A stretch of 48,755 nt of DNA from Candidatus Micrarchaeota archaeon. GTDB taxonomy: Archaea; Micrarchaeota; Micrarchaeia; Anstonellales; Bilamarchaeaceae. A program made the translations under genes and the position numbers. The stretch is from positions 1 to 48,755 of the forward strand of contig JBDRPL010000007.1 of NCBI GenBank assembly GCA_043827025.1, given 5' to 3'. Shown in pieces: positions 9,349 through 18,847 of the stretch (its first letter is position 1; the number at the start of each line of letters is the position of its first letter). A model generated the notes under the pieces. The model searched no databases and was not told the origin of the DNA. It worked only from the letters and a program-made list of their open reading frames with translations.

Positions 9349-10131
9349 TTGGAAGATAATGGGTACTCGCAGCTTAATCGCGCTTGGAAGAACACGTGCA
9401 AGATACTTCTAGGCACAGAGGTAGGAGAATTGCTGGAATTCAAAAACTACTTGAAAAGATACACTGATCCTATTGAAAAGAGGAAATCAGCGATTTCAGG
9501 AAAAGAAGTCGTAATATCATCAAACAAGATTCCAAATGATGCAAAGGTAATTGGCCACGATGAGATGAAGGAATATGAAAAGATGATCTCACAACCCTTT
9601 GAGATCAATAAAATAAAAGACATGGATTCGATAATTGAAACCTTGCACGAAAAAGCGTACTACACAGGAAACATAATACTTGGAAACTCAAGCAATACTG
9701 CCAGCTGTCATCGTTGCGTCAATGTCAATTATGCACTAGGGTGCCAAGATGTTTATGATGGGAAGTATATTGCATTTACCACTTCTATAAGAAACCCTGA
9801 GTATTCTTTTGGCTGCTGTTTCGGAGGAGACACACAATTCTGCATCAAAGTCCTTGACCCTTACAAACAGATGAGGTGCCTTGAGACATTCCATTGCAAT
9901 GTTGTTTCGGACTGCTATTATTCCGGAAGCATAGAGGACTGCAGCAACTTGATGTTCTCATTCAACCAGAGGAACAAGCAATATATGATTGGGAACGTGC
10001 CATTGAACAAGGATAGTTATCTTAAGTTGAAGGAAAAACTTCTTGAGGAAATTAGCGAATCCATGAGAAAAAAGAAATCACTTCCTTCAGTTATTGGAAT
10101 CATTAGCGGAAAGAGTGAGTGGAATGAATGA
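9349..10131 (+). CDS. Cys-rich repeat protein, subtype A (array copy 3)
   Basis: AWKNTCKILLG, SAISGKEV, INKIKDMDS, YTGNIILGNS; TTG start after AGGTG. Confidence 0.85.
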   Translation: MEDNGYSQLNRAWKNTCKILLGTEVGELLEFKNYLKRYTDPIEKRKSAISGKEVVISSNKIPNDAKVIGHDEMKEYEKMISQPFEINKIKDMDSIIETLHEKAYYTGNIILGNSSNTASCHRCVNVNYALGCQDVYDGKYIAFTTSIRNPEYSFGCCFGGDTQFCIKVLDPYKQMRCLETFHCNVVSDCYYSGSIEDCSNLMFSFNQRNKQYMIGNVPLNKDSYLKLKEKLLEEISESMRKKKSLPSVIGIISGKSEWNE

Positions 10132-10894
10132 AATGGACGACTTCGAAAAGATATTCCAGACGATCACATCCATAATATTCGGAAAGAGAATCACTGGCTA
10201 CAAGGATTACGAGAAATGGCTTACTCGAAACGTAAGCAACAACGACTATGGCGAATCAGTGATAAGCAAGGAGAAGATTTATTTGCCACCCTTCGACTTT
10301 TACATGGACATAAAACATAATATAGTTACTATAGAGGAAGCTTACGGAATACTTGGAAAAAAGCAGTTGAGTGAAGAAAAATTGAACAACTTATCTTTTC
10401 ATAATGCCAAGAAAGATCTGCAGAAACTGGCAACAACTACGCCCAATACTATCTATGGAGACAGCAGCAACATGAAGGAATGCACGTTCTATTACAATTC
10501 GCATTCATGTTATATGGGGTGCGCGCTCAACAAATCAAAATGCTGCATGTATTCTTTCTGGCCAAGATACTCAGAATATGCCCTAGGAGGATATTACCTC
10601 TTCTCATCCCAGTTCTGCATAAAGTGCTATAATTCCGAGAATCTTGTTCGATGCTTCGAGATGAGCGACTGCAACAACTGCAGTGATTCAATGTTTTGCC
10701 ATAATTGCGAGAATTTGACAAATTGTATGTTTTGCTTCAACGTGAAAGCAAAGAGATATGCCATATGCAACGTGGAAGTCGGCAAAGAGAAGTACCTAGA
10801 GATAAAACAAAAAATTATGGATGAAATGATAAAGAAATTAGAGCAAAACAAAAGTATCGACATCAACATATTCAACATAGGTGTTTCAAGATGA
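10124..10894 (+). CDS. Cys-rich repeat protein, subtype B (array copy 4)
   Basis: SQFCIKCYNS, FCHNCENLTNCMFCFNVKAKRYAICNVEVG; ATG 10124 overlaps previous stop. Confidence 0.85.
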   Translation: MNEMDDFEKIFQTITSIIFGKRITGYKDYEKWLTRNVSNNDYGESVISKEKIYLPPFDFYMDIKHNIVTIEEAYGILGKKQLSEEKLNNLSFHNAKKDLQKLATTTPNTIYGDSSNMKECTFYYNSHSCYMGCALNKSKCCMYSFWPRYSEYALGGYYLFSSQFCIKCYNSENLVRCFEMSDCNNCSDSMFCHNCENLTNCMFCFNVKAKRYAICNVEVGKEKYLEIKQKIMDEMIKKLEQNKSIDINIFNIGVSR

Positions 10895-12474
10895 ACTCAC
10901 CTGCATACGATGCCATAAATAGGGCTTGGAAATCAACAACCAAGGTTATTTTTGGCGAAGAGATAGGCGAACTTGACGAATATAAAGAATGGCTCTCTGG
11001 TTTGATAGACAAGAACATAGTTCGAAAGTCGACAGTTTCAGGAAAAGACGTAACATTCTCGATAAAGGAATATGCTCCTGATTCGAAATGGATAAGTTTT
11101 GATGAGATCGATAATAACAAAAAATTCGAGCCACTCAATATCAATGAAATAAAGGACATTGATTCGCTTGCCCAGGCCGTTTCAGACCGTGCATATTATT
11201 GCGGGAATACTGTTCTTGGAAATTCAAGAAATGTGGAAAGAAGCGCAAATATTACTGATTGTCATTTTGTAACCAACGCGGCCCAGTTTATGAATTCAAA
11301 ATATATTGCCTACTGTACGGTTGGCAGAGACAGCAGCTATTGTTTTGGAGTGCATGGCCCAGGTGATTCAGAGTTTTGCATCCGCTGTACCCAGACATTT
11401 GCAGTTAAGCGCTCTTTCGAAGTGTGGTCTGCCCAAAATTGTTCTGACTGCTATTATATATCAAATCTTAATGGCTGTTCAAACTGTATTTTTTCTTTTC
11501 ACCTGAAAAACAAAAGATACTGCATCGGAAATCTTGAACTTGATAAGGACAAGTATTTCTCAATAAAGAGATCTCTTTTGGAGCAGATGGTTGGCGAACT
11601 GAAGAAGAACAAGTCTCTTCCATCTTTGCTTGACATCACTAAAAAAGGCAAACTCCAGAAGCCGAATCTTAGGCAAAAAGCAGATGAAAAGAAATTTGAG
11701 GATAAAAATGCCATCGAAACCGCATTTACCGACACCTCTGCAGTAGTGCTTGGAAGAAGGTTGAGAAATATTGACGATTACAATAACTGGCTTTATGCCC
11801 ATGCACATAAGATCGAAGAACGAAAATCCGCAATCAGCGGCAAAAGGCTGCTCATGCTACCCTATGTCATAGCACTCGAAGCTCTTCCAAAAGATGTTGT
11901 GACCATGGACGAAGCCTGGCAAATCGGGGAGTCAGTACGTTTTAGTAGAGAAGAAGCGGAGAATATAAGCCTGGCAAATATTCATCAGTCAATTGGCAAG
12001 CTCGCATACTTCACAGTCGACATAAGAGAAGGAAAGGTTGAGAACGTTATTGAATCCACCGTCATTGTTAATGGATCCAACTGCTACAAGGCATCTGCAA
12101 TCGTAAGTTCGAAGTATTGCGGCTGTGGCATGTGGCCTAAGGATTCAACAAATTGCTTCGGCCTTGATACGTTGTTTGATTCTGAGTTCTGCATCAACTG
12201 CTACCATTCCATGAAACTAACCAGATGTTTCGAGATGGACAACTGCCGTGACTGCAGCGATTCAATGTTCTGCCACAATTGCGAATCACTCAACAATTGC
12301 ATGTTCTGCTTCAACACAAAGGCGAAAAGATACGCGATCGGGAATGTTGAAGTTGGAAAGGAAAAATATCTTGAGATAAAGAAAAAAGTAATGGACGAGA
12401 TGGCAAATAGACTGGAAAAAGATAAAAAAATCAAGATCAGCATCTATGACTTGCTTGCTACTTCTTCTCACTAG
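10891..12474 (+). CDS. Cys-rich repeat protein, fused subtype A + subtype B (array copy 5)
   Basis: N-half has A motifs (AWKSTT, INEIKDIDSL, YCGN.VLGNS); C-half has B motifs (FCINCYHS, FCHNCESLNNCMFCFN.K.KRYAIGNVEVG). Confidence 0.87.
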   Translation: MNSPAYDAINRAWKSTTKVIFGEEIGELDEYKEWLSGLIDKNIVRKSTVSGKDVTFSIKEYAPDSKWISFDEIDNNKKFEPLNINEIKDIDSLAQAVSDRAYYCGNTVLGNSRNVERSANITDCHFVTNAAQFMNSKYIAYCTVGRDSSYCFGVHGPGDSEFCIRCTQTFAVKRSFEVWSAQNCSDCYYISNLNGCSNCIFSFHLKNKRYCIGNLELDKDKYFSIKRSLLEQMVGELKKNKSLPSLLDITKKGKLQKPNLRQKADEKKFEDKNAIETAFTDTSAVVLGRRLRNIDDYNNWLYAHAHKIEERKSAISGKRLLMLPYVIALEALPKDVVTMDEAWQIGESVRFSREEAENISLANIHQSIGKLAYFTVDIREGKVENVIESTVIVNGSNCYKASAIVSSKYCGCGMWPKDSTNCFGLDTLFDSEFCINCYHSMKLTRCFEMDNCRDCSDSMFCHNCESLNNCMFCFNTKAKRYAIGNVEVGKEKYLEIKKKVMDEMANRLEKDKKIKISIYDLLATSSH

Positions 12475-14464
12475 GAACCGTCTTCTCCTCTTTCTTCCCC
12501 ATATCCCGTCTTGCCTTCTGTAGCTGAAGTATCGCGTCAGGAGTTTCATCAAGATAAGCTTCCTCGCTCAACGGGTGAGGCAAATTAGGTTTCTCAACCT
12601 TTGGACGAGGTGGCTGGATCGCATCATCCTCATCATTATTTTCTGCAGGCACCTCATGTTCATTCTGGGCCATATTCTGCATTGTACTATAATACAAGCC
12701 TGATTGAGGCATATCCTTCTTCTCAGCAACAGGAGAACTATAACTCTGCATTCTTGGAAGAGGTGCAGCCCCTTCTTCCCTAAGGCCCCACTTGGCAGCA
12801 TCAACTACCCTTAATTTCATAGGGAGAAGATATTTCGTACCGTCGAACAGACGAACTATGCACTCCCTCTGGTGCAAACGAACGAACATCTCTTTCTTCG
12901 ATTCTTCGAGTTCAGTAGTTGCACGATTCTTCTTAAAGTATTCTTCAACTTTAATCTCCATTATCGAGCTCAGCAATGCAGCATCCTGCTTGTTTATCTT
13001 GAATGCCATTATGTTTCTTGTGTTTGAGACAATCGAATCCATGACTTCTTTGCTGAGCTGGCCAAGGTACTGGCATGAAAGATAGGCAAAAAGATTAAAC
13101 TTCCTTGTTTCTGAAAGTATATCCTTGGTGACCCTGGTTTCAACCCTTGGAAATTCATCTACTACAAGGATAGTTGGTTTGTCCTGGAGCTTGCCAGTAA
13201 TTGCAAGTATGTACATCTGGTTTATCACTGCGCCTGCAAGGAAGCTTATCATCCGCCTTCCAAAGAATTTGGGGTCAAAAGAAACAATGTTTACCCTATT
13301 ATTCTTGAGTATGTCAAGGAGATTCTCCCTTTTCTTTTCCTTGCCCAGGTAAAGCTGATACTCGCCAATGAAATTCAGAATGGGAAGTATGGCATTGTTA
13401 AAGTGGTGGATATAAATGTCATTGAATTCCTCATCGAAAAACCGCTTTACTTCCTCATTGTCAGACTGGCTGACGAACTCTGCTTTTACTGACGAATCAG
13501 TAAGCAAGAGGCTGATGTTATTGAGTTCAAGTTTATTGAGCGAAGAAAGCAGATGAACTGCATAGAACAGAACCCGCTCCGAATATTTGTTCTCCTGGCC
13601 AATTGATGATGTTATGAGCTGCGATACCAGCTGAGTAAGCATTGGAGTTTTATCTCCTCCGACATCCAAAGGCTCCACATAATTTGAAATAAAATTAACT
13701 ATTTTTGCATATGGCATGACCTTTGTAAACTCACCATGAGGATCGACCATAACTATCCTAATATTGTTCCCATACTTCGCTTCAAGGGCCCGAATAAGCA
13801 CAAAAAGAGCCTTGCTCTTTCCTGAACCAGATGTTCCGGCAATCAAAGTGTGCTGTAGAGGATCAAAATTATCAACACCAAGGCTTGTACCCGTTTCTTC
13901 GAAAACAGGGAATTTCGAAGCCATATGCATTATTTTTGGCAAAGGCTCCAGAAGCTCAATGTATATCGAAGGGTTCTTTTCAAGATTAATCTCAAAGAAT
14001 TTATGAGGGCTTTTGATTATTACTTTTCCTTTTTGGCCATTGGCATTTACAGCCATGCCTGTAGCAATGAATCTTCCAAACAACTTGGTTATGCTAACCC
14101 TAAGCTCCTCTATATTCTCCTTAAGCATAAAATCCAGGACATCATGCCTTGAGCTATTTATCAGGTAAAACCTTGGAAATGGGAAGTATGAGCCGCTTGA
14201 AGAACTCAATAAACTAGGCTCACGCAGCCTAAAAGGAAATACCAAAGGTGAGATGTTCCTAAGGCAATCCTTTTCCTTTACGAAGAACTTTACAGTATTG
14301 TTGTTCCTCTTGACTACAATCTGAAAAGCATGTGGTGAGAAAACATTCGAGAAGGTTATGAATCCGAAAAGGGGGAATCTGGCTTGGACTATCGTATTAA
14401 AGAATTTCTTGACGTCCTCCTGTCCAACCTTCTCTGAGTACAGGTGAATTTCTCTAACTTCCAT
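12458..14464 (-). CDS. HerA/VirB4/TraG-like P-loop ATPase
   Basis: Walker A GTSGSGKS, VDPHGE, Walker B VVDEF, SETRKFNL, QYLGQL; low-complexity C-terminal tail. Confidence 0.85.
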   Translation of the reverse strand: MEVREIHLYSEKVGQEDVKKFFNTIVQARFPLFGFITFSNVFSPHAFQIVVKRNNNTVKFFVKEKDCLRNISPLVFPFRLREPSLLSSSSGSYFPFPRFYLINSSRHDVLDFMLKENIEELRVSITKLFGRFIATGMAVNANGQKGKVIIKSPHKFFEINLEKNPSIYIELLEPLPKIMHMASKFPVFEETGTSLGVDNFDPLQHTLIAGTSGSGKSKALFVLIRALEAKYGNNIRIVMVDPHGEFTKVMPYAKIVNFISNYVEPLDVGGDKTPMLTQLVSQLITSSIGQENKYSERVLFYAVHLLSSLNKLELNNISLLLTDSSVKAEFVSQSDNEEVKRFFDEEFNDIYIHHFNNAILPILNFIGEYQLYLGKEKKRENLLDILKNNRVNIVSFDPKFFGRRMISFLAGAVINQMYILAITGKLQDKPTILVVDEFPRVETRVTKDILSETRKFNLFAYLSCQYLGQLSKEVMDSIVSNTRNIMAFKINKQDAALLSSIMEIKVEEYFKKNRATTELEESKKEMFVRLHQRECIVRLFDGTKYLLPMKLRVVDAAKWGLREEGAAPLPRMQSYSSPVAEKKDMPQSGLYYSTMQNMAQNEHEVPAENNDEDDAIQPPRPKVEKPNLPHPLSEEAYLDETPDAILQLQKARRDMGKKEEKTVPSEKK

Positions 14465-14603
14465 AAATATCCACCGATATATACTATGTAGATGTAATAT
14501 TTATTAATAATACCGCTTCAGAACGGGTTCCATAAAAATAAGCCATAACTAACCATAAATGAACATTTATAAAACCTTTTGGGCATATTTTGACCTGATA
14601 AGG

Positions 14604-16205
14604 ATGAAAAAATTACACATAACCCGAACACCACTTGTACAAAGCAGAGAGCTTTGCGGAAGGTGCAATGGGGCGAATGTCTTTGTCAAAAGAGAAGATG
14701 CTCAGCCATCAGGCACTACCAAATGGAGAAGGTGCGCTGCCCTGCTTGAAAGTCGCGGGGACAAGGAAACTGTTTTTGTTCACATAAGTTCAGGAAACTC
14801 AGGCTACAGTATGGGAATGGTGGTCCAGCAAAGCGAAGACCCTACCAAGAAGGTCGTTAACATTGTCGATAAAAGAACACCTGAAGAAATAAAGAAAAGG
14901 TTAATGTCATGCTCGATTGTTGTGGAAATGGATTTGAGCAAGGAATTGATTACTGAAGATCGAATGAAAGAGGTTGCAATAGAAGCTACTGGATACACAG
15001 GATCCAACGAAAATATAGTTATAGTCGAAAGATACCAGCTTGAAGGGGGATATAGGGGAATCACTGATGAGATTGCAAAACAGCTCCATACCGAAACCCA
15101 AGGCAAAACAAATAGGCCAGACGTCATATTCTGCCCAGTAGGAAGCGGAGAAACCATGGTGGAATTGGCAGCAAGAGTCCACGAGGTATGGAAAGACAAT
15201 CCTCCAAAAATTGTTGGAGTAACAGTTCCTGGAAATTACATAGCTGCAAGATATTTCAGCGGCCAGGAAGGCGCGAAAAGCACCGGAAGGAGCATAGCAG
15301 ATAAGTTGACTTGTGCGTATTCTGCATTCGCAGAGCTTGCAGTAAGGACACTGAACAGCGGTGCAAAATTAATGGTTATGAATGATGAGGACGAACTTAG
15401 AAGAAGCTACAAATGGCTTAACTCGATAGGCATTCCTGTAGAACCTTCGGCAGCAGTTGCATTCCTTGGGGCAATGAACTACTCGCGTTTAATGTGCGCT
15501 GAAGAGAAAGATGGGCTGACAGCTGAAAAGACAATTGTCATAATCAACACTGGGAAGGGAGTATTCGATCAAAAAGCAGTTGACAGAATATGGTTAAAGA
15601 GACTAAGGGCTGGTGCGATATATCTCGGAGTGGCTGCATTGGGCGCAGTATTGGCAACAATCGCATACTTTGGATGGATAGCACCTCGCCAGCAATTGCA
15701 CGACATGTTCCGTGGAAAACTGGAAGCAGAGGCACTGATGTATGGCAATGACAAGACAAGAAAGGGCTCTGTTTATATGGGTTTTCTGGACAAGGAGGAA
15801 ATAGCTGCAATGTGCGCAACAGTACCTGGCAAAAAATGCGATCCGGATTCACGTCCCAATAAGCATGACCTTAGGGATTTCACAGACAAGGAACTAGCGT
15901 TTTATATTGAATACAAAAGATACCTGTCTTTTTCAGGATTTAGTGACACAGAACTTGCTTATTTTGTTGAAAGGAGAAGATGGGAAATGGAAGGAGATGG
16001 CCTAGGAGCAAGAATAGCAGGAGATTTGCATTATGCATACGAACACGGGCGTTTCGAACTAAGGGACAATAAAGCAATCTGGTGGTATCAAAACAATGAG
16101 GGAAGATGGTTCAGATATGACGGCAAAGGAAACATGGTCTGGGAAGATGAAGAACAACCAAAAGACCAATGGGACAGAATGATCCAAAACATCATAAAGA
16201 AATAA
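14604..16205 (+). CDS. Fold-type II PLP enzyme (threonine synthase/dehydratase-like) fused to TM helix and unknown C-terminal domain
   Basis: TPL, VKRE..QPSGTTK.R, SSGN.G, PVGSG, EPSAAVA, INTG; hydrophobic AIYLGVAALGAVLATIAYFGWI; start chosen at MKKLHI. Confidence 0.8.
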   Translation: MKKLHITRTPLVQSRELCGRCNGANVFVKREDAQPSGTTKWRRCAALLESRGDKETVFVHISSGNSGYSMGMVVQQSEDPTKKVVNIVDKRTPEEIKKRLMSCSIVVEMDLSKELITEDRMKEVAIEATGYTGSNENIVIVERYQLEGGYRGITDEIAKQLHTETQGKTNRPDVIFCPVGSGETMVELAARVHEVWKDNPPKIVGVTVPGNYIAARYFSGQEGAKSTGRSIADKLTCAYSAFAELAVRTLNSGAKLMVMNDEDELRRSYKWLNSIGIPVEPSAAVAFLGAMNYSRLMCAEEKDGLTAEKTIVIINTGKGVFDQKAVDRIWLKRLRAGAIYLGVAALGAVLATIAYFGWIAPRQQLHDMFRGKLEAEALMYGNDKTRKGSVYMGFLDKEEIAAMCATVPGKKCDPDSRPNKHDLRDFTDKELAFYIEYKRYLSFSGFSDTELAYFVERRRWEMEGDGLGARIAGDLHYAYEHGRFELRDNKAIWWYQNNEGRWFRYDGKGNMVWEDEEQPKDQWDRMIQNIIKK

Positions 16206-16247
16206 GGATAAAAACCTTGCCTGTAAAAGCAAAGGGAAGGTTCTTTT

Positions 16248-16634
16248 ATGAAAAAAACAATAATGATCACTCCGATAATTTTAGTGTTCTGTTTCTTTTT
16301 GTTCGGCTGTCTTGGCCCTGCGCCAAAGGAATGCGGCACAGACAATGCCTGTTTCTCAGAAGCTGTAAAGACTTGCAGCCCTGCAAATGGAAAATCTATT
16401 GAATCTTCAGGTACAATAGAAGCAACAGTAAAAGGATATGAAGCAGACAAGTGTGTCATCTATTTCAAGATAACCGAATCACCAGAACTCCCTGCCCTGA
16501 AAGACAAGGATATGACTTGTAAGTTTCCTAAGGAATACTTGACCAGCGAAAACCCATGGGGCATCAGTAGCAAAGGTGAAGAATGGTGCACAGGCTCATT
16601 CATAGATTACTTGAAAACATTGACGATGCAATAG
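16248..16634 (+). CDS. Putative lipoprotein (paralog 1)
   Basis: Signal peptide ending LFGC; CGTD.ACF.EA.KTCSPA; KDMTCK; CTGS. Confidence 0.8.
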   Translation: MKKTIMITPIILVFCFFLFGCLGPAPKECGTDNACFSEAVKTCSPANGKSIESSGTIEATVKGYEADKCVIYFKITESPELPALKDKDMTCKFPKEYLTSENPWGISSKGEEWCTGSFIDYLKTLTMQ

Positions 16635-16648
16635 AAAAACAGAAATAG

Positions 16649-17089
16649 TCATTTCTTTTTCTTTAAAGCAGATTCCAAATATTTTCTAATCTCATCCGTC
16701 TTTGCATAATAGAGCGCATTCGAGCCATGGTCATCAAGCATACCTACGCGAGCACCATGTTCGACAAGATACTTGATGATCTTAAAATGTCCCTTGTCAG
16801 CAGCACACATCAAAGGAGTTCCGCTTGTGCACCTGTCAATTGCGTTTACATCTGCACCATTCTCGACAAGATATTTTACCATTTCAAAATTGCCAAGATA
16901 AACTGCTCGCAACAGGGCAGACTCCCGATAATGGCCAGTGGGCCAGTTGACTTCTGCACCTGCAGAAAGTGCAGCCTTAAGTGCTTTTAAGTTATTTTTC
17001 CGAACAGCCTCAAACATCAAAGTATTCAATTTTAGCCTGGCTTCGAAGCTGAGATTAACCTCCTTCCCTTGTTTCTTGTTCTTTGGCAT
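16649..17089 (-). CDS. Ankyrin repeat protein
   Basis: SALLRA..GN...VKYLVENGADVN, TPLMCAA..GH..IIKYLVEHGA. Confidence 0.92.
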   Translation of the reverse strand: MPKNKKQGKEVNLSFEARLKLNTLMFEAVRKNNLKALKAALSAGAEVNWPTGHYRESALLRAVYLGNFEMVKYLVENGADVNAIDRCTSGTPLMCAADKGHFKIIKYLVEHGARVGMLDDHGSNALYYAKTDEIRKYLESALKKKK

Positions 17090-17101
17090 AACAAAATCAC
17101 A

Positions 17102-17710
17102 TCATTTTTTCCTGATTTTCTTTTTTGATTTCATTACCGAAAGCAGATAATACTTTACTTCCTGGCTCTCGGTATGGTCCAATGCAGTTTTTCCAAGATC
17201 GTCCTTTACCTTTAGATTGGCACCCTTCTCAACCAGATATTTGACAACATCCAATATTCCGCCAAGACATGCCTGCATCAGCGGCGTCTCGCCACGAAGA
17301 TTCTTCACATTGACCTTTGCCCCGTTCTCAACAAGGCATTTGACCAACTTGAGGTTGCCATCATAGGAAGGACCCATGAGAATAGGTGTCCCATATTCTG
17401 CATCCTCATTCGGATTCGCCCCGGCCTCAACAAGCAGTTCCACCATGCTTATATTTCCAGAACGCACAGCTTCGCGCAAAGGAGTACGGTCTTTCCTGTT
17501 CCTAAGTTTAAGGTCTGCACCTTGTTTTACAAGATACTTGAGGATTTCAGGCCTGTTGCATAGTATTGCATAACTAAGCGCAGTTTCCATGTCAAAATTA
17601 AACGAATTCAGGCCAGCACCATCTCCAAGCGCAGATTCTACGCCTTGAAGATCACCTTTGCGTATGGAATCAAAAAGAAGCTTGTTTATGTTTGTTCCAG
17701 AATCTGCCAT
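17102..17710 (-). CDS. Ankyrin repeat protein
   Basis: About five ANK units (TALSYA, TPLREA, TPLMQA, GKTALD). Confidence 0.93.
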   Translation of the reverse strand: MADSGTNINKLLFDSIRKGDLQGVESALGDGAGLNSFNFDMETALSYAILCNRPEILKYLVKQGADLKLRNRKDRTPLREAVRSGNISMVELLVEAGANPNEDAEYGTPILMGPSYDGNLKLVKCLVENGAKVNVKNLRGETPLMQACLGGILDVVKYLVEKGANLKVKDDLGKTALDHTESQEVKYYLLSVMKSKKKIRKK

Positions 17711-17785
17711 TATACTCTTGCCTAACGAACAATTAAAAATATTACCTGAAAAGACTTTTCAGAAAAAAAGAATAATGGTGAACAT

Positions 17786-18160
17786 ATGAAAAGAATGTTA
17801 GTTGTATTATTGGTAGCTTTTTATATATTCGGATGCACTAGCGGACCTCAGATGAAAGACTGTGGAACAGATTCGGCATGCTTCGAAGAAGCTGCAAAGA
17901 CCTGCAGTCCGGCAAAGGTAAAAAGCGTTGAAGAGGGAATGGAAGTTGAGGGAACGTTAAAAGGAATTGAAGGGAATAATTGCATCATAAGTCTAAAGAT
18001 CGTAAAATCCTCCACAGTTACCATCTTAGAAGGTAAGGAGATGACCTGCAAAGTTCCAAAAGATGCAATGGCTGAAAAATCTACAGACTTTGAAGGTATT
18101 GACCCTGATGCATGCACAGGATCCCTGGTAGACCTCCTAAAAAGCATGGGCGCACAATAG
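17786..18160 (+). CDS. Putative lipoprotein (paralog 2)
   Basis: Signal peptide ending IFGC; same Cys pattern as 16248..16634. Confidence 0.8.
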   Translation: MKRMLVVLLVAFYIFGCTSGPQMKDCGTDSACFEEAAKTCSPAKVKSVEEGMEVEGTLKGIEGNNCIISLKIVKSSTVTILEGKEMTCKVPKDAMAEKSTDFEGIDPDACTGSLVDLLKSMGAQ

Positions 18161-18175
18161 AAAAAGCATCTATAC

Positions 18176-18820
18176 TTAATTTTCTTTTTCTCTCTTTTCC
18201 AATTTTCTCTTGATAGACTTCAGTGAAACGAATGAATCCCTTTCCATCTCATCCAACCTGAAAGAGATTGCATAGCTTTGGCTGTCGAGCTTTGGCAATA
18301 GGACAAATTCAAGAGCATTGACTCTTCTCTTAGTCTTTTCTATCTCCAGAATCAGCCTTTTGATCGCTGTTTCTGTTTCAGCCAACTTGATAATGACCTG
18401 AAGTATATCATCAAACCTTTCAACAGCATCATCTATCTTTGCACTATTTCCTGAAATCGAATATGCAGGCAAATCAAGGAAGTGCTTGAAATCGACTTTT
18501 GACTCTATGTATGGAATCTTAACGCCCATAATGTTCGAAACTTCGATATTAATGCCAATCTCCTTCTTCAAACTAGCTGATACATTCTGAAGCTGTGAAA
18601 TTCCATGGTAGACTTCGGCAAATGCAACTGCCTTATATGCAGGAGCGATCTTTTCATTTAGCTGGCTTCTGAGATCCTGCGCCTTCTTCAATATCTTGAA
18701 AAACTCCAGGATCAAAGCATCCCTCTTCTGCTTCAGGAGCTTATGGCCTTTCTTAGCCAAAGCTATCTTCTGCTTTACAATGATAAGCTCCATTCTTGTT
18801 GGAATTACTTCGTCTCCCAT
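18176..18820 (-). CDS. atpD: A/V-type ATP synthase subunit D
   Basis: PTRMEL, GHKLLKQKRD, KTKRRVNALE. Confidence 0.96.
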   Translation of the reverse strand: MGDEVIPTRMELIIVKQKIALAKKGHKLLKQKRDALILEFFKILKKAQDLRSQLNEKIAPAYKAVAFAEVYHGISQLQNVSASLKKEIGINIEVSNIMGVKIPYIESKVDFKHFLDLPAYSISGNSAKIDDAVERFDDILQVIIKLAETETAIKRLILEIEKTKRRVNALEFVLLPKLDSQSYAISFRLDEMERDSFVSLKSIKRKLEKREKEN

Positions 18821-18847
18821 TTTTCCATTCCTCAGTTTGTGAATTTA

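Noticed and set aside
10600..12400. Similar 3' regions of subtype B genes as a DGR template/variable repeat pair
   Set aside because: Differences are largely synonymous third-position changes including many C/T, not adenine-specific; ordinary paralogy
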